Positions 39,801-52,127 of a stretch of 64,000 bases of DNA are shown piece after piece. A program made the position numbers and the translations under genes. The stretch is taken from contig NC_068982.1 in the NCBI RefSeq assembly GCF_001194135.2, positions 192,171,612 through 192,235,611 on the forward strand, given 5' to 3'. Source of the stretch: Octopus bimaculoides (taxonomy: Eukaryota). How positions within the stretch are numbered: position 1 is the stretch's first letter; every line of letters starts with the position of its first letter. The notes beneath the pieces are model-generated. The model was given only the letters and a program-made list of their open reading frames with translations, was not told the DNA's origin and did no database searches.

Positions 39801-42257
39801 CACAGCACCTCAGGCATGTGTCTTCAACAATAATTCCAGGCCAGCCAATGCTTTGTGAGAGAGCTTGGTCAATGGAAAATGTATAGAAGCCCATCGTATC
39901 TATGTGTGTGTGTGTGTCTTTGTGTTTGTCTCACCACCACTGCTTGACTAGTGTTGGTTTGTTTACATCCTCGTAACTTAGCTGTTCAGTAATAGAAACC
40001 GTTAGAAAGAAAAAAAAATAAAGGGGTTGATTTGTTTGACTAAAAATCCTTCAAGGTGGTGCTCCAGCGTAGCCGCACTCCAATAACTGAAACAAGTGAA
40101 AGAGAAAGGTAAGTTGTTTAGTTCCAGAGCAGCTCCGATTGGGGGAGAACTATGATCAAAAGTGTTCTAAACAGGACTATCCTGCCTTTCTTTTGGTCAG
40201 ACATCCCAGTTATTGGAACATGCATAAAATGTTGTCATTATAATAGACGAGGTTTAACACACCAACCCATTGTACAGCATGGAAATCTTTAATATGAACA
40301 GGGTTTTTTTTGTTTTGTTTTGTTTTCCTATGACCATCACAATTTATCTATCGAAGGGTTTGAGTCTATGTAAACAAATTACTTTTGAAAAGAAAGTTTA
40401 AAAAAACATTTTATACACACACACACGTGAGTGTGTCTGTGTGTGTGAAGAAATATTAGAAACTAGCGATGATGGAAAAAAATTAAGTTTGTACAGACGT
40501 TGTTAGAAAGTTTGTGTGGAGTTCAAAATTCACCTCTGGACGATATATTCCAACCACCGAGGGTCAATCATACCAATAATAGTAGAATCAATATTATACA
40601 CAACCGATGCGTCCAATAAGACTTCTTACTTAGATATATATATATATATATATATATTTTAATAGGTGGAAGGAAATATACTTGTTTTGTATCTCAGCAA
40701 TGAAACAGAGCGAAGCTGTTGATGTCGCCGTTTCAATTTGATTCCTGTGTGTTTTTCTTGCTTACGAAATGTCGCTTCCTCAGTAACATCAGTCATGCAA
40801 ATGTGGATTGATTGATTAGATAAGAATGAATAAGTATTAATAGTGTTAGCTCAGTCAGCTGAAGCGAAGCTTTGATTTCCTTAAGAGGGGTTGCATGGCC
40901 AGGGACCCTAATTGTTAAACATTCAACTCCTTTAAATCATTAAGGCTAGTCCTGATAAGACAGCGACTCCTCAAGGATAGTGAAAGGCGTTTGACATAGT
41001 TATGTAGAATAATAAACTGGTGGTGGATTGCCTTTCAGTAGTCAGATGTACACGTACATAGGAGAGCAATGAAAGCCGAGTCAACCATTACGCAGTCGTA
41101 CAACATGTTGAAAATAGCAGCCAAACCTCTTTCAAATCATACCTTTATCCTCTTAGGAAAGAACACGCTGTTGCATTGGGTGGTCCTGGTAGAATTGTCA
41201 CAGTTGAAATATACGTTTGATGAGAGCAGATCTGATGAGGGTGGAATCGGTTCTAAATTTACATAACATATTGTATTGCTTGTGGCGATGACTCAAATAT
41301 TTCAGTTAATAACTAGGAGGAGCCTTCCCTATTGGAAATGTAATGACAAGTATTATTATTATTGCCTCAACAAATACGCCATCAAATAAATACACAGCAT
41401 ATACAATGTACGTCTCTTTCTCTCTCCTATATATATATATATNNNNNNNNNNNNNNNNNNNNNNNNNNNNNNNNNNNNNNNNNNNNNNNNNNNNNNNNNN
41501 NNNNNNNNNNNNNNNNNNNNNNNNNNNNNNNNNNNNNNNNNNNNNNNNNNNNNNNNNNNNNNNNNNNNNNNNNNNNNNNNNNNNNNNNNNNNNNNNNNNN
41601 NNNNNNNNNNNNNNNNNNNNNNNNNNNNNNNNNNNNNNNNNNNNNNNNNNNNNNNNNNNNNNNNNNNNNNNNNNNNNNATCGACTACTGTAGCAAAACAT
41701 AAATAGATGCCGATACAGCCTTTCACTACTGATATGTCAGGTAAAATAATATATCATTCTTTAAAAAGAAAAGGGGGGGGGCCGTGCTGTGGTGTTGTGA
41801 GATTGAAGCCTTTCCCGTAATTAATTAGAAACTGTTGAAGAGAAGACAGTAACCACTGACTGATATAATTTCTATCAATTAATACTTGACGCCAGCACGA
41901 AGAGAGGAACACACATTTTACTGTTGATTTATTTATCCATTTTTACCAAATCAATTCAGGACAGAAATTATTTCTCAGAGAGAAACCAAATATAAAAACA
42001 TTCAATGTAGTTTCAACAGAAACACAGAGGACAAATAATAGCAATTACTATTATCATATTAAAAATAGTGTAATGGACGGGAATTTTGTAAATAAAAGCC
42101 ATGACATAGAAATATTTCGTGAGTTGGGGGCAAAAAACAGAAAAGACATTAGGAAAGAATTCTTATGAAATGAGTTGGAAAGTAATAATAAGAAGAAATG
42201 TGTAAAGAAAGGATTGAAAGAGGAGGATGTGAATAAAGATGAAGTGTGGTGTGTTAC

Positions 42258-42461
42258 CTCTCTATCCTTTAAACCAAGCAATAAGACCTCTTCCATGAGA
42301 GTTAATCGAGTTTCTTTGGAGTCATGATCCAATTCGTCCTCGACGTCGATTTGACGATTCTCAATTTGCTGCTGTTGTTGTGTGTCCGGATCACAGAATT
42401 CAGAAGAATTGATATTCTTACGTTGTACAAGGCCAGCATTTCTCTGGGTTCGCGAAGCCAT
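42258..42461 (-). CDS. GOLPH3: Golgi phosphoprotein 3 (GPP34/Vps74 family), coding exon 1 of 3
   Basis: ATG at 42461 (the ORF track starts one codon earlier at a GTG). Translates MASRTQRNAGLVQRKN...DSKETRLTLMEEVLLLGLKDRE, matching the GOLPH3 N-terminus (GLVQRR, ETRLTLMEEVLLLGLKDRE). 204 nt, ending at a phase-0 donor GAG|GTAACA. Confidence 0.96.
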
Positions 42462-43232
42462 CACAAACTCTTTATAAGTTTGGATTTATAGAGATCCTGC
42501 AGTCTGTAATCAGCTAAATCAATGGTAATATTTGTAATATTTCCTCCTCACCAGTTTGCCTTCTTCAAGCACAATGGCCGCTACCAGTGACGTAGTAGGA
42601 GGCGGGGGGAGACCCACACTAAATTGATAATAAACGACCAAAGAAATACAAATAAACTTCAAGTGATCCTTTCAATCAACTTCTTTTCAATAATATATTC
42701 CCCCATAAACTATACATCAAAAAATAAAATTATGTAAGCTTTCCTTAGGTCATCATAGTTTACATGAGAAGCATTTCAAGACCAACCTACATCAAAAGTC
42801 CATTACGAGCCAAATGGTGGGAAGAGAAATTGCGACGATGTCAATTCCGGGTTTTATATAAATTTCTTAATAAAATAGAAAACAGAAACTTTCGTTTCGG
42901 TTCTGCAAAGTTTTCGTTTCGCTTCACATGGCAGTCACTAGTTGCAGCAGCAGCACACTTACACAGCGACAGTAAATTTCTTTTCATTTTTCCATTTGTC
43001 AATAAAATAAAATGAAGCATTTATTTTAGTTTTAACAATTTTTAAAATCCTCGGTACCATCTGCATTGGTTTAGTTAAATGCTTAATTTTATTTTCTTAT
43101 TTCATTTTCTAAAATTATATTTAGTCTAATGATAGTATATTTAAATACTCAGCACTTTGTTACTATGGCTACAGCGTCACTAACTTTTTTGACCTTAAAC
43201 TCTGATTTTCAATATCAACAATACTCAGAGTA
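42462..43232. promoter_or_regulatory. Shared divergent (bidirectional) promoter/5'UTR region of GOLPH3 and CFAP161
   Basis: 771 bp between divergent ATGs, no recognisable TE, CpGs retained. Contains TGACGT (42588-42593), a GC-box-like GAGGCGGGGGG (42599-42609) and an X-box. Confidence 0.8.
43159..43172 (-). promoter_or_regulatory. RFX X-box
   Basis: Plus GTTACTATGGCTAC = minus GTAGCCATAGTAAC, a perfect fit to the X-box consensus GTHNYYATRRNAAC, 60 bp upstream of the ATG of a ciliary gene. Confidence 0.7.
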
Positions 43233-43304
43233 ATGTGGCACAAAAACGTCTACACACCTGCTGTTCGATTAGGAAATTGGTTTGAAGATGTTGTTCTCGA
43301 AGAG
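43233..43304 (+). CDS. CFAP161: Cilia- and flagella-associated protein 161 (C15orf26), coding exon 1
   Basis: MWHKNVYTPAVRLGNWFEDVVLEE resembles the CFAP161 N-terminus (NVYGPGVRIGNWNEDVYLEE). Phase-0 donor GAG|GTTAGC. 72 nt, too short for the ORF track. Confidence 0.9.
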
Positions 43305-44084
43305 GTTAGCAAAAATATCTTTCCTTTTATTTATTTAAGGTTTTAACGCCTGCCTATTTTTATGATGGAGGATGTATGTACAGCTGATTAATTCGATTCT
43401 AAGATATGTTATTGACTTCTTTGTTTACTGAGCAGAAGATCTTGGATTTATATATAAAGAAGAATGAAATATTGTGGCTCGTAACTTTCACAAAGTGTAA
43501 CTGAAGTGAGAATCGAAACTATATTCAAGATTCTACTCAGCTAAAGCTTGTTTGTTGCCAAGCGACCGACTAATAGCTATAAGCCCAAGTTGCCAAATTT
43601 ATAAGAATGAAGTTATGATAGTCGAGTTCGTGTGGCTCAAAACAGCTTTAACGAAATGCAGAGACTAAAATGTCCAGGTTTCTTCTCTTGCTTTTGCCAT
43701 CTCAGTAGTCATTGCCGTTTATAAAAGGGCTTAACAATTAACATCCAGAAAACTGACGTCATCTGTCAGTGCCCCCCCTACACCACCCTATTTCCCCCTC
43801 TCCGTTTTCTCGCTAATTACACCATCTTAGGCAACATCATTCCCAATAACTTCACACACGGAATGAGCAGATTCTGAACCACCACATCTAGACTTCTAGG
43901 ATCATCTTTCTAAATAATTACCTGAGCCTCCACACGAAGGTTCTTGTCCACTGGGCAGTTTGTTTGTACTCATTTCTATGGATGCAAATATGAGACATGT
44001 ATATATATGAGCCATATTAAGCCACTGAAGTTCTTTAATATGCAGTGTCTTTAAAAAATTCTTTTAGTCTGGATTATGTATAAT

Positions 44085-44345
44085 AACTGGCACTCTGTCA
44101 GTTATGACAACGGGGGTCCCAGTCGATCAGATCAACAAAACAACCTGCTCATGAAGTTAATGTGCAAATGGCTGAGTACTCCACAGACAAATGTAGTCTC
44201 AACAACTCATTTTTTGCCTGCAGATTGGACTGGAGCAACATGAAATAAAGCCTGTTGCTCAGGGACACAACATGCCACCAGGAATTGAACTCACAACGTT
44301 ACAATCATCAGTAGAATATTCTAACCACTTAGCCACTTGCCCTCA
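44085..44345 (-). mobile_element. tRNA-derived SINE (family E)
   Basis: Minus strand reads GTGGCTAAGTGGTTAG...GAGTTCAATTCC...GTTGTGTCCCTGAGCAAC (A box, B box, core). Confidence 0.65.
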
Positions 44346-45696
44346 CTAAGTATAATAGTCCTCCATCTAAACAACACCAGCAGCATTGAATACAGGCCTC
44401 ATCTGAGTTGCCCTGGTCATGTGGTGCATATGTCTGGCTTGTATCTCTTATAGGATTCTCTAAAACAAGCTACACCATGGTCATCAACTAGCTGGAGGAC
44501 TGCATATGGAGTTTAAAAAACCAGTTGAAGGCCCTTTTCAAGAAAAGTAATATCAACTCTCTAATAGCACAACCTGTGGTCCACTTCAGTTGTCTTTTAC
44601 TGCGAGAGGAGCAATTGAAGATGTGGAGGAGAAATGCTCTTGGCAGGAAGTTCAAGAAATACAACAAGATTAATATAGATTAATAACAAGTCTCCTCAGT
44701 CAAACAGTCGTGAGTGCCATCAGCTTCACATTGAAGAATCAGATGTAAAAATCATCAAAGAATCTACAATTGAAGAAGAAGTCACCATTGAATTGATAGT
44801 CAACTGGAGTCACATAAAAGCATCCATGCTGGTGCCTCATAAAGAAAGCACACTGTAAAGCAGTTGGCATTAGGAAGGACATCCAGCCATTGAAATGTTT
44901 CCACAACAGACAATTGGAGCCTGGTGTAACTCTTTGGGTTGTCTATCTCCTGTGTAACCATCAAACTCATGCCAACATGGAGGACAGGCATTAAATGATG
45001 ATGATGATGATATGTGTGTGTGTGTGTGTGTGTGTATCATCATCATCATTGAACACCTGTCCTCCATAGTGGCATGCTGATAGGTTGGAGGAGTACATCA
45101 TGCTCCAGTGTCTGCTTTGGCATAGTTTCTATGGCTGCTGGATGCCCTTCTTAACACCAAACTAGTGAGTTCACTACCTGGCTTACAAGACAAAGATCCC
45201 CTTTGATTCGGTGGGCCTACAGCAGAGAGGGAGATGAATTTGTTAGATGTTGAGAGTTAAAGTATGAAAGAAAGGACAAGAACAAGTTTATTGTAAACAT
45301 GGCTGTATACAAGATTGGGTAGGAGTATTCAAGGTGGATTTGGTAAGAGAGATAAAGGATGGATGTGATGCGGTTGGTGGATAGTTGAAGTGAAGGAAGG
45401 TGATTGATGGATGTCAGAAATGGAAGAGTGATGTAATCGACTTAACCCCTTTGTCTGTCCTTGTTTGTCCCCTCTATGTTTAGCCCCTTGTGGGCAATAA
45501 AGAAATAAGAAATGGAAGAGTGAACTAACAGAAAGGAGGAGGGCCATTGGTGGAGATGGTGGCAGCAACAGTGGTGGTGATCAGTAGGGACAAAGATGTA
45601 TGTTGCAATCCTTCCCAACTCAAGCATCATAATTTGGAGAGATAGAGAAGGAAGTACAAGATAATGAATATGTATGAATTTATATACATACATATA

Positions 45697-46525
45697 CAGG
45701 GTGCGATGGGTAAATTGTCACCATTTTATATTCGTAATTTTGCACATGCGCATTATTAGTTTTTGATATGCAATTCACTCTGCCAGAAATTTGGAAATGA
45801 CATGCTGTACTGCTTGGCATTCATGCTGGAAGCTCCAGTATGGACATTTCAGAGTGTTTGGGTGTCAATCTGTATGTTTGCCATGTCCCCAAAACATATA
45901 CCGAGAGTGATAAAATTCAAACATCCAGTTAACATCATGGTGTTTTGGAGTGATTACTAGTAATGGCAATGTTATACCTCCATTCATCTTCCCACATGGC
46001 CTCAGACTCAACACGGAGGCCTACATCAAGTGCCTGGAGGAGGTAGTGCTGCCCTAGGTCAAGAGGGTGGCTGCTGGAAGACCCTAGGTCTGGTAACAGG
46101 ACTCTGCACCACGCCACACAAGCAGGAGAACTCAGTCATGGCTGTCATATAATTTCTGTGATCACATCACCCCTAACATCTGGCCAGCTAACTCCCCAGA
46201 CTGCAACCCCCTTGGTTATTATGTGTGAGGCGCAGTTGAGTGAAAGACCAACAAAACTCCTTGTAGCACCAAAGATGAACTGAAGGCAAGGATTATGACA
46301 GCATTCACCAACTTAAACAAGAAGACCGTCCAGAAGAGTTGCAGAAGATTCTGAAGTCATCTGGAAGCTGTGGTTGAAGTCAAAGGCAATTTTATTGAAT
46401 AAATTTACTCTTTAGTAATTCAACATATTTTTATGTAATTTTGGTAAATATATCTGTTAAAATGAAATGTCAGTGTTATTTTCATTTTTGCGTAATTTAG
46501 ACGACAATTTATTCACCCCACCCTG
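45697..46525 (+). mobile_element. maT (DD37D) transposon deletion derivative, TIRs and TA TSD intact
   Basis: TA|CAGGGTGCGATGGGTAAATTGTC...GACAATTTATTCACCCCACCCTG|TA. QDSAP-(37 aa)-NSPDCNPLGYY with several premature stops; 829 bp. Confidence 0.9.
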
Positions 46526-46719
46526 TATATAGAAAGAATTGGTTCTGGTTCCACATAAAAAACACCCAGTACACTCTGTAGAATGGTTATTGTTAAGAAG
46601 GGCATCCAGCTGTAAAAACCAAGCCAAAACAGAGTATGGAACCTGGTGCAGCTCCTGTCAAACCCTCCAGTCTATGCCAGTATAGAAAACAGACATTAAA
46701 TGATGTCGGTGATGATGAC

Positions 46720-47704
46720 GGAAGGTAGATTGTATGATGGTAGTGAAACATGGGCTCTGAATGCAGAGGATATGTGTAGGCTAGAGAGGAATGGAGGCAG
46801 TATGCACCACTGCATGTACTGCATCAGTGTGCATGAATGACAAAGCGCAAATATGTTGAGAGAAAAATTGAGCATAAGAGGAATCAAATGCAGCATGCAA
46901 GAGAAGAGACTACATTTGTTTTGGACATATGATGTATGTGAATGAAGACAGCTGTATAAAGAAGTGCTGGTCACTGAAAATGGATGGTACCGGCAGAAGA
47001 GGGAGACCCAGGAAGACATGGGATGAAGTGGTGAAGACTGATCTCAGGATGTTGGGGCTCATGGAGAAAATGACAACGGACCAAGATGTCTGGCAATATG
47101 AGGCTCTAGAGAAGAAGACCCGCCCACATCAATGAAACTGAGTTCTAGAAGCGTTGTGTTCCACCCACATGTAACAATAAAATTTTCACACAACCTACCC
47201 CAACAAACCAAACTGCATCCCCAATCCTGCCTTCACCACCTTGCTCACCGAATCACTGTGTTCCCCATCCCCTCTTTATACCCAGGTTCTCACCAGTCAC
47301 TGCAATCCCCACCCCCACACACCTTACTCATGCCTTCTTGGCAATACCTGACCACACATATTATGACCTCCATACCTTGAGGATATGACCTGAACCTTGC
47401 CACCATTCATCTCTCTCTCTCTTCCTTACTCCACCATCCCAGCTCCACTCTGATCCCTGCTCCTTGTGAGTATACCCTGGCATTTCACCTCCATCTCTCT
47501 CCTGCTCTCCCTTGGTGTTTCCCACTCTCTCACTCTCATTTTTTCTTGCTCTTTCCTCTAACTGGGTAACCATGGATCTCTTCGACAACAGCACACCTCT
47601 TTCTACCCTCATTCTCTCTTTCTGCTTTTCTTGCTCTTCTTTCTGGTTTGGTAACCAAATATCTCCTTTACAGCAGCACACCTATTTCTGTCCTCATTCT
47701 TGTT

Positions 47705-47739
<35 letters not shown>

Positions 47740-47790
47740 TCTCTCTAGATAACCATGTACCTCCTCTTTAGCAAGATGTCTGTTTCTGTC
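46720..47790 (+). mobile_element. RTE LINE 3' fragment plus pyrimidine-rich tail
   Basis: MYVNEDSCIKKCWSLKMDGTGRRGRPRKTWDEVVKTDLRMLGL...LEKKTRPHQ, then a C/T-rich tract. Confidence 0.7.
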
Positions 47791-48239
47791 TCTCTGTCTC
47801 ACTCTAACCTTTCATTATCTGACACAAGATCACCTCCTCCTCCAATGCCCCCTCCCCTCTCAAAAATTCCTTGCCTTGCAAGCTACTTGATGACCCTGCC
47901 AGTACTGGTATCGCATAAAAAGCATCCAGTCCACATTGTAAAGTAGTTGGCATTTGGAAGGGCATCCAGCTGTAAAAACCTTGCCAAAACTGACTTCATC
48001 CATGCCTTTGATCCCCCCCCCTACACCTCTTGGAGTGTCTCCCTTGCTTATATCCAGTGTTCCTTATGAAATTTCTACTGACTCCTTTTTCTGCAGATGG
48101 AGCCTGGCCATTTCCTTGGTACCATAAGGGTCCTGTCTTTTCAGTAAAACTTTTGTTTTTGCTTACAATAAACTTCAATTCTAGATTTTATTTCCATGTC
48201 CAGAATTTCAGTTTCACTTCTGATTCTGCTACAAGAGCT

Positions 48240-48450
48240 AAGTCACCAACACATCGGAGTTCCTAAAAGCAGCTGGTCTTAAATTCATCTGTTGTGGCTT
48301 GGAGCTGAGAACTGAGCCCTGATAGATCCCTAACTTCACACTAAATACTTCATCATTGAACTCATGACTGATTCTCACCTTGTAAATTCTTCCTTCATAC
48401 ATAGCTTGTATGTTGTGCCTCATAAGCCATTCATCCACGCCTAGTTCCAT
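48240..48450 (-). mobile_element. RTE RT-core fragment
   Basis: LGVDEWLMR...QAMYEG...VRISHEF...FSVKLGIYQGSVLS. Confidence 0.7.
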
Positions 48451-49196
48451 TAATGACCATCATGCCCACTGAGTGAGGGACTATGTGTGTGTGTGTGTGT
48501 GCATGCATGTGTGTGAATGTGTGTGTGTGTGTTTATTGTATTAATGTGCTTCATGTTATTGGTTTATAAAGAATAAAAAGTTTTGAATGGTACAACAATG
48601 CACTATAATACAAAAGATATGTAATATATATCCCTGTTGTAATTTAGTTATCTATAGTCCGAGGATATTTCGGAATACAATTCCTTCTTCAGATATTCTT
48701 AGATGGAGTCTCTGCTATAAACTGGTTTATGTTTTGAAGGCTTGCATTCTTTGTGTAGTGTTGTTCCCAATTAGTTTACAAATGTCATTTGTGAAATCCG
48801 TATATTGAATGCCGATTTTCCTTCTTATTATAAAACTATAGTTTGGGTATAATTTGGAATGGTAGGTATTGGTATTCCAGTAATACGAATGTTTTCAGAA
48901 TTATTGCTACATGAATATTGTAATAAGAATATCATTTAGTTCTATAAAGGTGTTTTTAATACCATTAGTGTTGTATTGTAGAAGTTATGAATTGGTGGGG
49001 GGGGGGGCATAAGCTATTTATTTTTAAAGATATTCTGTGTGGATCTGTGACATTGAACAAGGAGATAATGATACTTCCTGATTTTATCATTGTTATTGTT
49101 GTTATTCTTACCATTCTTTTAAAATGTAATTGGTGATTGTTAGCATCGAGTGATATTTATGATGATTTAAATTTTCTTTATTTTTATATTTTTCAG

Positions 49197-49286
49197 GAAA
49201 CTATAAAAGATTTCCTGCACAAGAAATCTCAGAATGAACTTTTGATGCAGAAAACTGCCTTTGTTAAGGAAAAACTTCTCCAACCA
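49197..49286 (+). CDS. CFAP161: CFAP161 coding exon 2
   Basis: Strong pyrimidine tract and TTTCAG acceptor. Translates ETIKDFLHKKSQNELLMQKTAFVKEKLLQP (cf. ELMKDFLEKRDKGKLLIQ...LLRP). Donor CCA|GTAAAA. 90 nt, phase 0. Confidence 0.88.
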
Positions 49287-50529
49287 GTAAAAACATAATC
49301 GTTTATACTTTTTCTCTTCTTATGCTTTGTGTAGTAGTAGTGATGGTGGTGGTGGTGGTGGTGGTGGTGGTGGTGGTGGTGATGGCTGCAGCGGTGGTGG
49401 TAATGGCCATAGCAGCAGCAGCAGCAGGAGTAAAAGCAAGGAAAGAGGATTCTATTATGTGATGGTAGATGAAAGAAAGAGTTTGTTAGAGAAGTAAGAA
49501 ATATTCATACAGAGCTCAGAAGTCCCTCAAAGACAAAATGTCATTGTCTCGTTTAGTATGGCACCACCACATGGTACACATGCATAACCATGGTCTGTAT
49601 GTGTGCAGTGTAACAGTTTGAAATATAAAACCTGAGAGGCTGCTGCTGCTGTGTAGATGAGAGATGATTTCCCTTGTTGAATAAAACACCAGTTTGTATC
49701 TGGTTACACTCACAAAAGATCTGGGACCTATTTTCCAATAGTTAAGGGAGGATATAAAGAAATTGTCCAAATATCCCATAAAATATTTCTAGTTGGCATC
49801 TAGAAAGATCTGAGCAGTAATTCAATGATATATCCACCCAACATTTCACATCTCTGGGTATGACAGGGTGTGTTTAGTTTGTGTGCAATAGGTTTGAAAG
49901 TGGTCAACATTAAGGTTTGGTACCAGTAATACTCTATTCCCTTGATGAAGAATAATAATCAAAAATACTTCCAAGCTTCTTAAAAACACTGAACCCTAAC
50001 CCTAACCCCATCACTGCCACAGCAACCACTTCCATGACTGATTTTTAACCAATTTGTATTTCAGTTATCTGCTTTGCCTTTCTTGACAACTGTTATTAAC
50101 ACTAATGATTGTTCTCTTCATTAAATAACTTGATTTTAATTGGTTAAATGCACATCATGGAAGTCTGTCCCCCACATATATGTTCTTTCTACAGAAGACA
50201 TCCTTCGGAAAATCCCCCAATGCTGGCATTTATCTGGGATGTTTGACGAGGGAGTAAAATATTTTGGCTTTCTGAGACAAATCTGTCAGATGTAAGAACT
50301 ATTTAGATGAATGTGTGTGTATGCATGTATGTAAGTGCGTGTGCACACATGCATGCATGCATGCGTGTGTGTGTGTGTGTGTGTTCTCTTCTGTTTTTAA
50401 TCATTTCAATTCTTCCTCTGAGGAAGGAACTGGTTTCTAACAAAGATACAAACCTCTGTTGTTGCAATGTAGATAACAAAAACAATGTCTTCATATTTCT
50501 TTCTGTTTCACTTACAGATTATATTTGTA

Positions 50530-51830
50530 ATGCGTGAATCGGTTGGTTTTCTTTTTCTGTAAATCTACACCTTTCCTACAAATTGAACAGAGCCACCTAC
50601 ATGAGTGGGGTGGGGTCCTGTCAGTTTTCTTGCTTATTAGGACCTTAGCCTTTGCTAAGTTAACCTTAAGGCCCTTAGATTCCAGGTTTTACTTCCACAC
50701 CTGCAATTTTTCATCTAGCTCTGATATGGAATCTGCTATGAGGGCAAGATCAGTAGCATATAGTAGTTCCCAGGGATTGCTGGTTTTGAATTCCTCTGTT
50801 ATGGCCTGGAGGACAATGAAAAGGAGGGGATGGAGGTCTGAGCTTTGATGGACCCCTACCTGGACACCAAATTCTTCACTGCACTTGTGATTAACTCTCA
50901 GCTTATTGACAGCATCTTTGTACATGGCCTATAAAGCTTTCACCAACCACTCATCTATCCTTAGCCTCATCAAACGCCACCACATCACATATCAGGCTTT
51001 CTCTAGATCAACGAACGTCAGGTATGCTGGTTTATTCTTAGCTCAGTTCTTCTCTTACAGTTGGCTGATTCTGAAGATAGCATCAGTAGTGCTTCTTCCC
51101 CAGACAAAACTAAGCTGCATTTTGTCTAGCCTAATTCTGCTCTCCTAATTAATTGGACTATGACTCACTCTGTAATTTCCACCACCTGGTCCAGGTGTTT
51201 AATGCCTCTATAATTGCTTCTATCTAAAGCATCACCCTTACCCTTGTAGCAGCTAACAATAATGCTGCTATTCAAGCAAGTCTCTGGGTATTACACCTTT
51301 CTAAATGACCTGATTAAACTATGTGGGTGACCAGCCCATATCCTTCCTTACTGAATATTTTGAGCATCTTAGCCATGATTCTGGATGGACCAGGGGCTTT
51401 CCTAGTTTTCCTGGTCCCTCTATTGGGCTCACATGAGGGAGACTCCCTTTATTCCATTCATTCACCACATTCAACAGTCTTGCATAACAATTTTTGCATG
51501 TTTCTTTCTCGTCCACATCACTAAGTGCAAGCATACCATTTATCCATCCACACACCCTTCTCTTGACTCTCAATGACACACTGTCTAGCAATCTGGAACA
51601 CTTCAAGTCTCTGATCTTCAGGCTGTAGATCATGCTCTGATCTTCATGCTTGGCAAACCTCTTCCTCTCTGCTTCTACCCTAGCTAAATAGACCCGATGT
51701 CTTTGTCACCACACCCTCTTTTCCACTCTTTCCAGACCCATCTTTTCTCTTTTATGGCCCCGTCAACATCACAGTTCCACCACCATGTCACATTTGGTCT
51801 GGCAGACACTTTGCTCCAACCACAAATCAG
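50530..51830 (-). mobile_element. RTE LINE internal fragment (endonuclease-RT linker and RT core)
   Basis: YKDAVNKLRVNHKCSEEFGVQVGVHQSSDLHPLLFIVLQAITEEFKTSNPWELLYATDLALIA (RT motifs QG.L.P and YADD, degenerate). Confidence 0.8.
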
Positions 51831-52127
51831 GTGTTTCCCTTAGTAGATTGTCCCGTAGGAACTTCCACTTGTCCTCTACATCATATGTCTCTATCTCTCC
51901 CTCCTTCTCCTCATAGGCTTCATCGAGGACCTCTCTAAATCTCTGCCCAGTTGAGGGATCCTTGAGCTCCCACAGGCTCCTTTCCCATATTGGCTTATGT
52001 CTCAGGATCTTTCTGACCCTTAGACTGAAGCCAGTCTAAGGGCCAGTTTATGTTGAGTCATGCATTCTTCCCTTGGGAAGACTTTTCTAATGTTTATGAC
52101 GATATATATGTAATATAAATGGTATTA

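Noticed and set aside
40463-40634. Possible 172-bp minus-strand Helitron (A|TC...CTAG|T)
   Set aside because: No GC-rich subterminal hairpin visible; TC and CTAG ends alone are too common.
42500-42552. Possible short intron in the GOLPH3 5'UTR (CTG|GTGAGG...CAG)
   Set aside because: About 50 nt with a weak pyrimidine tract; cannot be supported without transcript data.
49516-49860. Possible Penelope-like RT fragment (GYLDNFFI on minus strand)
   Set aside because: A single short motif; the flanking residues could not be matched convincingly.
49992-50009. Interstitial telomere (AACCCTAACCCTAACCCC; also ~12648-12665)
   Set aside because: Only 2-3 imperfect units, within chance or TE-derived C-rich sequence.
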